Below the pieces are notes generated by a model that was given only the letters and a program-made list of their open reading frames with translations, had not been told where the DNA came from and did no database searches. Position numbers and translations under genes: made by a program. This document shows positions 36,219-42,385 of a DNA stretch of 42,385 bases, piece by piece. The first letter of the stretch is position 1, and each line of letters starts with the position of its first letter. The DNA is from a virus (lineage: Duplodnaviria; Caudoviricetes): positions 1-42,385 of IMG/VR virus record IMGVR_UViG_3300014656_000046, one strand, 5' to 3'.

Positions 36219-37181
36219 ATGAACCCTATCTGTGACAGGTACGATACCAGCGTGAAACCTTGCGCTCACTATGCTGGGGATGGGCTCTGTAGGCTAAGGG
36301 GTAACTTCCGGTGCATCGAGTATGCCCGGAGAAATGAGCCCATGCTGAGTTACAGCCAGATCCAGAGTTGGACCCGGTGTAAGCGCAAGTGGTACCTGGC
36401 ACAGATCGTGGGGCTGGAACCTGTGGAGCTTGCTGGACCCCTCAAGCGTGGCGGGATAGCAAGTGATGTGCTTGACCTAGTGCATACGGGGGATGCCAAT
36501 CCTCTTGCGCCAATAAAGAAGGCATATAGCATAGAGCGCGAATCGGAGGATAAGGTTGAGCGCGACTTGGCTGCGCTTGAGGGGGTATTTACTTGGTACA
36601 TTGGGTCTGAGTATGCAGAAATGAAGGGTAGGACTCAGTACCATTGGGAATGGAAGGAACCGGACTACCCGAGGTTGCAGGGGTACTTGGATCTGATGTA
36701 TCCCAATGAGGATAGTATAGCGTATGAGTTTAAGTACACGGGGAATCCAGATAACTATAGCCGCTTCACGCTTCAGGATCAGCTTTCTGCTTATTTCCTG
36801 GGCGTACCCACGCTTCAGCGTATAACCCTCCGGGCTATTCAGACCCCCACGCTTAAGCCTACCAAGGGTGAATCCCAGAACCAGTATATTGAACGGGTGC
36901 TGATTGACTGCAAGCGCCAGCCCAAGAAGTATGTCACGGATACCCATTACTGGAGGTCGGAGTTTGACCTTGAGGCATACCGGGAGAAAGCCCGTTGGGT
37001 TGCTAAGGAGATCGTGGAGGCTTGTGACCGCGGGGAGAAAGGCTGCTACCAGAACCTGAATGCCTGCTATGCTCCGGGGCAGTGTGAGTTCTTGAAAGTG
37101 TGCGAGGGCGGGGGGGCTGTGTCTGAAACGCTCTATCGATACAAGGAGAAAAAGGAGGGAAACATGGAACCACGTGGGTAA
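36219..37181 (+). CDS. PD-(D/E)XK exonuclease (RecB/AddB-like, possible Fe-S cluster)
   Basis: LSYSQIQSWTRCKRKWY, LQGYLDL...AYEFKYT, QLSAY, C-terminal C...CEFLKVC. Confidence 0.85.
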   Translation: MNPICDRYDTSVKPCAHYAGDGLCRLRGNFRCIEYARRNEPMLSYSQIQSWTRCKRKWYLAQIVGLEPVELAGPLKRGGIASDVLDLVHTGDANPLAPIKKAYSIERESEDKVERDLAALEGVFTWYIGSEYAEMKGRTQYHWEWKEPDYPRLQGYLDLMYPNEDSIAYEFKYTGNPDNYSRFTLQDQLSAYFLGVPTLQRITLRAIQTPTLKPTKGESQNQYIERVLIDCKRQPKKYVTDTHYWRSEFDLEAYREKARWVAKEIVEACDRGEKGCYQNLNACYAPGQCEFLKVCEGGGAVSETLYRYKEKKEGNMEPRG

Positions 37182-37235
37182 CTATTTATTCCGATGGGCC
37201 TCTTGCTAACTCCGAAGTGACTTTCTTCCGGGGGG

Positions 37236-37514
37236 ATGAAAATGAAGAAAACCGTGAACCCGGTAAGGAATAAGGAGCGCGAGCAGATGTTCGACGAGAT
37301 AGCCAAGAAGATGTTTGGCCGTAAGTTCAGCGCGGCCCTGGATGACATGGCCTGTGTCCGCTGTGGGGCTTCCATCGTGGGGTTCAGGGACGTGAACAGT
37401 GCCAGGGAATACAACGTCTCCGGGTTGTGCCAGAAGTGTCAGGATCAGATGTTCAACCCGCCGGATGAGTATGTGTATACCAATGATGACGTTAATTGGT
37501 CGGATAGCACGTAG
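37236..37514 (+). CDS. Zn-finger hypothetical protein
   Basis: CVRCG...FRDVNSAREYNVSGLCQKCQD. Confidence 0.65.
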   Translation: MKMKKTVNPVRNKEREQMFDEIAKKMFGRKFSAALDDMACVRCGASIVGFRDVNSAREYNVSGLCQKCQDQMFNPPDEYVYTNDDVNWSDST

Positions 37515-37636
37515 ACCAAGGTCGTTGTTGTCTTTGCCGTTCTTTTTCCCTACCCAACCGTATTTAAGGTGCGGTGGCTTTTGTTGGTTGTAGAAGAAGG
37601 TCACTCATAAAAGAAGAGGTTAAAAAGGGGGTAACG

Positions 37637-38488
37637 ATGCGGGTACGGTCATTGAACACGGAAGAAAAGCAGTATATCACGGGTTGTTGGTTGATCTATG
37701 GGCCTACGGGGAGCGGAAAAACATACAGTATCGTTACTGCTCCCATGCCTGCTGCCCTAGTGAACTCAGAACCGCGTGATCCTAGGGTAACCCTTGGTGG
37801 CTCAACCTTAGAGATCGACATTATTGAGCCTGAGAACTTTGAGGATATTATGATTTGGCTCAACCAACAAATTGAAGCGGCTACCGTTGGCAAGTGTAAG
37901 TATAAGACGGTGTACTTGGACGGTTTGACCTTCACCATGGGTAGCTACCGTTCCGCCTTGGCTGATGACCGTGCCGAAATCAAATGGGACAAGCTGACCG
38001 CCAAGGAACAGAAAGAGGCCAAAGGCTGGCTCAGAGATAAGCTCAGTATTGAGCAGGCCGATTGGGGGCTCATGGCAGAAATGATGATTCGTGAGACCAG
38101 ACTACTCAATACCCTTAGTAAGCTGGGGGTAGTAGTAGTGGCCACGGCTATCGCCCAAGAGTCCCCCAAGTGGGACAGGACCCTTCAGGCAGCACCCGCT
38201 CTTCTTGGCCGCGATTATCCCACCCAGATCCATGGTTATTTTGACTTCATTGGCTTTCTCTTTCAGCCCTGGAAGCTCCAGGAGGATGGTACTGTCCGCC
38301 CTCCCCAGGTAGCATTCAGCAGCCCTAACGGAGAATACATGACCAAGGCTTGCGGTGCGCTGTCCACCATCAAGCGTGCCGGTGACCTTAACATTACCCG
38401 CTTACTTGCAAAACTAAACAATGGGAGGTCAAAGGATGAAACCCCAGAGGTTGTGCAAGAAGTGTCAGAGGCCCCTAAGCTACTATAA
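37637..38488 (+). CDS. AAA_24 / Sak4-like recombination ATPase
   Basis: Start MRVRSL (37637); LIYGPTGSGKT, YKTVYLDGLT, ADWG, GYFDFIG. Confidence 0.8.
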   Translation: MRVRSLNTEEKQYITGCWLIYGPTGSGKTYSIVTAPMPAALVNSEPRDPRVTLGGSTLEIDIIEPENFEDIMIWLNQQIEAATVGKCKYKTVYLDGLTFTMGSYRSALADDRAEIKWDKLTAKEQKEAKGWLRDKLSIEQADWGLMAEMMIRETRLLNTLSKLGVVVVATAIAQESPKWDRTLQAAPALLGRDYPTQIHGYFDFIGFLFQPWKLQEDGTVRPPQVAFSSPNGEYMTKACGALSTIKRAGDLNITRLLAKLNNGRSKDETPEVVQEVSEAPKLL

Positions 38489-38648
38489 CCTGTCTGAATA
38501 CTGTTTTCGTCATACCCCGGAGGGTGAAGAATGGAAGATTAGGGAGATACGTGAGGCCAGAATGACCATACCCTGGCCTGGGGAGATTGAGGACATTCAG
38601 TATCCATGGGAAGCAATTTACAGTAAGCAACACTACCTGTCAGGGTAG
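38436..38648 (+). CDS. Small Zn-finger protein
   Basis: MKPQRLCKKCQRPLSYYNLSEYCFRH. Confidence 0.5.
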   Translation: MKPQRLCKKCQRPLSYYNLSEYCFRHTPEGEEWKIREIREARMTIPWPGEIEDIQYPWEAIYSKQHYLSG

Positions 38649-38675
38649 AAAACACAACAAAGGGAGGTAAGTAAG

Positions 38676-38882
38676 ATGAAGGGGAAAGTGTTTCAGTTCG
38701 TAGTAGTGATTCATCCGACAGACAAGGAGGCAGAAGAAGGTGGAAGCTCAAAGGTCATTGTACCAGTAACTGCGGTTATAGCCAATGATCAGAATTCCGC
38801 TACACTTCAGGCTGGACGAGCTATCCCTGAAGAATACCTATCTAAGCTTGACCGTATTGAGGTGGCGGTTCGCCCTTTTTGA
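38676..38882 (+). CDS. 68-aa phage protein ending VRPF, with a possible -1 extension to 39037
   Basis: GGGAGGT RBS; ends on the slippery heptamer C CCT TTT followed by TGA. Confidence 0.75.
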   Translation: MKGKVFQFVVVIHPTDKEAEEGGSSKVIVPVTAVIANDQNSATLQAGRAIPEEYLSKLDRIEVAVRPF

Positions 38883-39051
38883 TCGAATCAGAAAATGCTA
38901 AGCTTAAAGAAATTTATCCTACCTTAAAAGGCCAAGTTGATCCTAAATCTCAGTATGGACATTGGACAGCGGCAAGTTATGACCAAAACTATCAGCCCGC
39001 TGTTTATACTAGTGCATCATCAATTCTAAACAAATAAGGAGGTAGCAAAGA

Positions 39052-39567
39052 ATGGGTGAGAAGTTAGACGCAAGGACGGAGTTCAGTTATGAGATTCCTG
39101 AAGAGGGGGTTCACATTGCCGTAGTTCAGGAACCCAAGACCGGCACTTATGACTGCCAAGGTGGGGTTAAGGGTTACAGCTTCGGGGTCAAGTGCGTAAT
39201 AGACGGTGGCCCCAGCGACGGCCTCTGGCACTTTGAGAATTGGAGGTCACGCTGGCCCGATGGAAAGCTCAACACCAAGGCCCTGAGTGCTATGTACGGT
39301 TTCCTAGTTAAACTGGGGGTCAAGAAACTCGGTGGTATTGATAGCGATGAGATTGAGCAGGAGCGGTTCGTTAAGGGGTTCGAGGGCATCGCCGGTAAGG
39401 CCGTGGGCTTGGACATCTTCCATTCCAAGGGCAAGGATAATAAGGAGTGGTCCAGAGCTAAGGCATACTACACCGTGGCTGAGGCCAAGGCCAAGATGGG
39501 AGTTGCACCCGTGGCCAATGGGAAGAAAGAGGCTCCCAAGGCTGAAGATAAGGGGGAGGGCTGGTAG
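39052..39567 (+). CDS. Single-stranded DNA-binding protein (DUF669-like)
   Basis: YEIPEEGVHIAVV start, OB-like beta pattern, charged tail ending in W; near the Sak4-like gene. Confidence 0.6.
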   Translation: MGEKLDARTEFSYEIPEEGVHIAVVQEPKTGTYDCQGGVKGYSFGVKCVIDGGPSDGLWHFENWRSRWPDGKLNTKALSAMYGFLVKLGVKKLGGIDSDEIEQERFVKGFEGIAGKAVGLDIFHSKGKDNKEWSRAKAYYTVAEAKAKMGVAPVANGKKEAPKAEDKGEGW

Positions 39568-39575
39568 ATCCAACG

Positions 39576-39638
39576 GGGCAGGGATCTTGGTGATAGAGGT
39601 CATTCCTCTAAAGGGGGTTCAATTCCCCACCCTGCCCT
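39576..39638 (+). ncRNA. Minimal tRNA-like element (CAT anticodon loop, D-arm essentially absent)
   Basis: GGGCAGGG/CCCTGCCC stem, TAGAG-GTCATTC-CTCTA arm, GGGG-TTCAATT-CCCC T-arm. Confidence 0.55.
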
Positions 39639-39655
39639 ATGAAAGGAGACCTATC

Positions 39656-39835
39656 GTGTGCTGGCATAAGTGGACGAAATGGGAGGAATACGAAGAAAGA
39701 AAGATTCGTTTTTTAACAAGGGCGTCTGATTATGATCAGCCGTATACTTCCGTAGAAACCAAACAGAAACGAGTCTGTATCAAATGCGGGTTGATTGAAG
39801 CAAGAGACCTAGAAAAAGGAGGGTATCCTCCATGA
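39656..39835 (+). CDS. Small Zn-ribbon protein
   Basis: GTG start after AAGGAG; CWHKW...RVCIKCG. Confidence 0.55.
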   Translation: MCWHKWTKWEEYEERKIRFLTRASDYDQPYTSVETKQKRVCIKCGLIEARDLEKGGYPP

Positions 39836-40056
39836 AAACACTTACTGTCAAATATAAACCCGAGATAGATGCTTTACCCTCTGTGTTCACCCTATCCATG
39901 TGTCCCAAGTGTGGAACATTCAGCTTCGTGGACTTCGACTTGAGCCCGGTATGCCCATACTGTGCAGCCGAAGAGGAGCGGGTGGAGCTTAAACCCTATC
40001 AGCCTACGGACGATCAGGCTTATCATTTTACGGGCTGTGGATGGGAAAGGAAATAA
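39832..40056 (+). CDS. Small Zn-ribbon protein
   Basis: CPKCG...CPYC; ATGA overlap. Confidence 0.55.
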   Translation: MKTLTVKYKPEIDALPSVFTLSMCPKCGTFSFVDFDLSPVCPYCAAEEERVELKPYQPTDDQAYHFTGCGWERK

Positions 40057-40202
40057 AAATTATTCTTTCTTTAGTTTTAAGATTAACGAGTCTAATAATG
40101 TTCTTTTATGCAAGTTTTACTCATGATGTTTTTTGGTTCGTTTTTGCAATATGGAATATCATTGTGGCAATGGATCTTGAAAGTGAAAGGAAAGAATATT
40201 AA
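40041..40202 (+). CDS. 53-aa two-helix membrane protein (not in ORF track)
   Basis: MGKEIKIILSLVLRLTSLIMFFYASFTHDVFWFVFAIWNIIVAMDLESERKEY; TAATG coupling to the next gene. Confidence 0.45.
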   Translation: MGKEIKIILSLVLRLTSLIMFFYASFTHDVFWFVFAIWNIIVAMDLESERKEY

Positions 40203-40390
40203 TGGGTCGATGTGGATCACCGGACGAGAAAGATCGAGAGGATCGTTGGCTAGATGCCCGTGACGAGTGGATCAAGGACCAGATTGAAGATCTTATCCGT
40301 GCCGTTGTGGGTCACCTGAATGATATGCAACATTGTACTAGGTACTATTCATACCAGGAAGTAAGAGAAATGGTCAAGAGGTTAATATGA
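40202..40390 (+). CDS. Hypothetical protein
   Basis: 62 aa with GAAAGG RBS. Confidence 0.5.
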   Translation: MGRCGSPDEKDREDRWLDARDEWIKDQIEDLIRAVVGHLNDMQHCTRYYSYQEVREMVKRLI

Positions 40391-40487
40391 TTCCTTACGC
40401 TACATATACCCACGTTATTCCCTGACTTGCCATAGTGGGGGCCGTCCTGTTTGCATTGCTATTCTATTCCATGTGGAGGGTAAGGCC

Positions 40488-40790
40488 ATGAATATCATCG
40501 GGGCGTGGAAAACCGAGAAGAAATGTAGGTCTATCTCTCACCCGGAGTTTGAAATAACCGGGGACCGGGAAAATGGGGAACTTTATATTTTATTAGAGAA
40601 ATTAATGCGTATCGGACTTGTCACCCTTGAGGATTGGGAAATCGTGAGGAAGAAGAAGAAAGTGGTGATTCCGGTCGAATGTATGGTTGGAGATACTAAA
40701 GAAAAAACTTTTGTTCTATATTGTAAGGGAAATCCAGCGGAAATTAGAATTTCAGTTCCCATGACCATGACACTCGAATGGGAAGAGTAA
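40488..40790 (+). CDS. Hypothetical protein
   Basis: Start MNIIGAW after GGAGG. Confidence 0.55.
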   Translation: MNIIGAWKTEKKCRSISHPEFEITGDRENGELYILLEKLMRIGLVTLEDWEIVRKKKKVVIPVECMVGDTKEKTFVLYCKGNPAEIRISVPMTMTLEWEE

Positions 40791-40817
40791 CCCCTGTTGA
40801 TTTGGAGGACAAATGAC

Positions 40818-40991
40818 ATGGACCTACCACATACTCGGGCCTATCGCGTACATGATCGGAACTATTATCGGCTTAGCTTGCCTCGCCGGCCTATGTACCG
40901 TCTGGACCGTATATTCCATCTGCTTGCGGGTATTGGCCTGGGCATGCTGCTGGCAACCCTATGGGCGTGGCTTGCGGGGATGATATTCTAA
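40818..40991 (+). CDS. Small membrane-anchored protein
   Basis: MDLPHT...IFHLLAGIGLGMLLATLWAWLAGMIF. Confidence 0.5.
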   Translation: MDLPHTRAYRVHDRNYYRLSLPRRPMYRLDRIFHLLAGIGLGMLLATLWAWLAGMIF

Positions 40992-41004
40992 TTACCAATA
41001 ACCT

Positions 41005-41028
41005 TCCGCCCCCTGCGACCGGGGCGGA
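41005..41028 (+). repeat. Collapsed copy of the tRNA-like element (closing stem only)
   Basis: TCCGCCCC-CTGCGACC-GGGGCGGA; flanks match those of the element at 41235-41391. Confidence 0.6.
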
Positions 41029-41042
41029 TTCAGGAGGGGAGA

Positions 41043-41231
41043 ATGAAAGAATTACACGGATCACTTGAATTGAAATTTCATGAGGTCCCAGACTCTATAT
41101 TTAAGCTGATTGTGCTTATTGCTCCTAGAGGAGAGCAGGAATGTAACGGTACGCGTTGGTGTACCGTCAAGACAGTTGAGGGCGTTGAGATAACTTTTTT
41201 TAGGAAGTCAGAGTCAGGACAGAGTGAATAA
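41043..41231 (+). CDS. Hypothetical protein
   Basis: 62 aa with AGGAGG RBS. Confidence 0.55.
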   Translation: MKELHGSLELKFHEVPDSIFKLIVLIAPRGEQECNGTRWCTVKTVEGVEITFFRKSESGQSE

Positions 41232-41234
41232 CCT

Positions 41235-41391
41235 TCCGCCCCCTGCGGCGTGGATGGACACACACTCCGTTGCTCTCTGGATGGGCAGAACGGTTGAGCT
41301 AGCGACAAGTTACCTATGCGGCCCACGTATGCTAGCGAGTAGCGTGGAAAAACTCCAGGGAAGCCGGAATCAAGCCCGGCCAGGGGGCGGA
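41235..41391 (+). ncRNA. tRNA-like structured element A
   Basis: 11-bp closing stem TCCGCCCCCTG/CAGGGGGCGGA; GTG-GATGGA-CAC D-like arm; GCCGG-AATCAAGC-CCGGC T-like arm abutting the 3' strand. Confidence 0.6.
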
Positions 41392-41409
41392 TTCAAGGAG
41401 GGGAGAGGA

Positions 41410-41493
41410 GTGAACATTCAACTTTTATATGGATTTTTATTTTCAGCAAGCTTTATAGCTCTCGGAATATTTTTGGGCTGGTGTTTAAACTAA
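41410..41493 (+). CDS. 27-aa membrane peptide
   Basis: GTG start after a purine-rich RBS; NIQLLYGFLFSASFIALGIFLGWCLN. Confidence 0.4.
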   Translation: MNIQLLYGFLFSASFIALGIFLGWCLN

Positions 41494-41504
41494 TGGGAGG
41501 AAAA

Positions 41505-41678
41505 ATGGAAAAGATATATTATCGATCCAAAGATTGTCCTAAAGGAACACCGTTTAAACTTGGATTTGCCCTATATCCCGGGGGTGATTGGATAGACATT
41601 GCTAATTATAATGGTTCGCCCTGGAGAACTCGTTATCGGCTTAGCGAACTGGAGATTCAAAAATGGCATTCTTCATAA
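41505..41678 (+). CDS. Hypothetical protein
   Basis: Start MEKIYY after GGGAGG. Confidence 0.55.
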   Translation: MEKIYYRSKDCPKGTPFKLGFALYPGGDWIDIANYNGSPWRTRYRLSELEIQKWHSS

Positions 41679-41751
41679 GACATTCTTTGATTTGGATTGA
41701 CCGGAAATTTCCCTTTGTGCATATCCGCAATGGGTACAGAGTTAAATAGCC

Positions 41752-41864
41752 TTCCGCCCCCTGTTTAGTGGCGCGAGGACTCTTGTATTGCTCAAGGGGT
41801 AAAGACGGTGATGCGCCGAAATGGGGAGAGACTTTGCCGGACTAATACCGGCCAGGGGGCGGAA
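41752..41864 (+). ncRNA. tRNA-like structured element B
   Basis: 12-bp closing stem TTCCGCCCCCTG/CAGGGGGCGGAA; internal GGCGCG/TGCGCC stem; GCCGG-ACTAATA-CCGGC T-like arm. Confidence 0.6.
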
Positions 41865-41881
41865 TACAGAACGGAGCGGAC

Positions 41882-42088
41882 ATGGGAATCTGTAATTATT
41901 GCAGGTTAATGGCAATCAAACGCCGAGCAAAGAAAGAAGGCAAGAAAGTAAAGGTTAAACGAGCAACCTACGTCAGTTTATCGAAAGGAGACCTGAAGGA
42001 ATATGCTTGGCCGGGTGGGGTGGATGTGTTTGTCGATGGAGAGAAGGTTGCTTGGTTTATGGAATTGTCGGAACATTGTGATTGTTAG
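41882..42088 (+). CDS. Small basic Cys-containing protein
   Basis: MGICNYC...WFMELSEHCDC. Confidence 0.55.
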   Translation: MGICNYCRLMAIKRRAKKEGKKVKVKRATYVSLSKGDLKEYAWPGGVDVFVDGEKVAWFMELSEHCDC

Positions 42089-42091
42089 AAC

Positions 42092-42230
42092 GGAGCGGGC
42101 GGGCATGGCGGGAACCATGCTGAATCAGGGCGTAAGCCCCGAGCGAGTCAAGGACCGGATTAAGGCATCCGTAATGCCCCTACTCTCCAACGCGGTCCCA
42201 AACCGGTATCAAATCCGGCCCTGCTCCACC
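42092..42230 (+). ncRNA. tRNA-like structured element C
   Basis: GGAGCGGG/CCTGCTCC stem followed by ACC; GCATGG-CGGGAA-CCATGC arm; GGGC-GTAA-GCCC hairpin; GGACCG/CGGTCC stem; CCGG-TATCAAAT-CCGG T-like arm. Confidence 0.6.
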
Positions 42231-42284
42231 CAAGGTTTTTGTAAGGAAAAATACCCACTTTTTCTTATTGGAAAGGAGGAAGAA

Positions 42285-42383
42285 ATGTTTCTTAGGCAAT
42301 CAGACATCATGGTGATTGTAGCAATTTTAACTTTTATTTTGGGATTAGTAACCGGGATTCAAATAAGGTGGGCAATTCCATGA
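42285..42383 (+). CDS. 32-aa membrane peptide
   Basis: MFLRQSDIMVIVAILTFILGLVTGIQIRWAIP after AAGGAGG. Confidence 0.45.
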   Translation: MFLRQSDIMVIVAILTFILGLVTGIQIRWAIP

Positions 42384-42385
42384 CC

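Noticed and set aside
36219-37181. Cas4 of a CRISPR system
   Set aside because: No array or other cas genes; the Sak4-like and SSB neighbours indicate a phage recombination exonuclease.
40997-41864. CCTTCCGCCCCCTG repeats as a CRISPR array
   Set aside because: Only three copies, spaced irregularly (about 230 and 520 bp) with whole genes between them; each pairs with a downstream inverted copy.
39576-42230. Canonical tRNA or tmRNA genes
   Set aside because: Arm lengths and loops are non-canonical, and the elements are far too short for tmRNA and lack a tag ORF; reported as tRNA-like only.
1-42385. Stop-codon reassignment
   Set aside because: Long genes are intact under the standard bacterial code and TAA, TAG and TGA all end genes; the terL break is a frame change, not an in-frame stop.

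Overview
Partial genome of a tailed dsDNA phage, probably short-tailed (podovirus-like): there is a nozzle, an adaptor and ejection-type proteins but no tape measure, sheath or tube gene. The minus strand (1-31001) holds one late operon: small terminase, a ~12.5 kb block of glycan-modifying enzymes and fibre/decoration genes, large terminase (broken by a -1 shift near its 3' end), portal, scaffold, capsid proteins, adaptor, tail fibre, nozzle, GNAT and ejection proteins. The plus strand (31508-42383) holds the early region: many small genes, three XRE-HTH genes plus a ribbon-helix-helix gene, and a PD-(D/E)XK nuclease / Sak4-like ATPase / SSB module. No integrase, polymerase, lysis or CRISPR genes were seen. 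Best candidates for new biology: (1) tRNA-mimic structured RNAs placed between stop codons and ribosome-binding sites; (2) a putative virion glycosylation locus of two glycosyltransferases, two methyltransferases and two O-acetyltransferases around a 1055-aa serine-striped repeat protein; (3) a likely programmed -1 frameshift at C CCT TTT (38873); (4) two inverted dif-like XerC/D sites; (5) small genes each bracketed by short direct repeats. All family calls are from motif recognition by eye; no searches were run.
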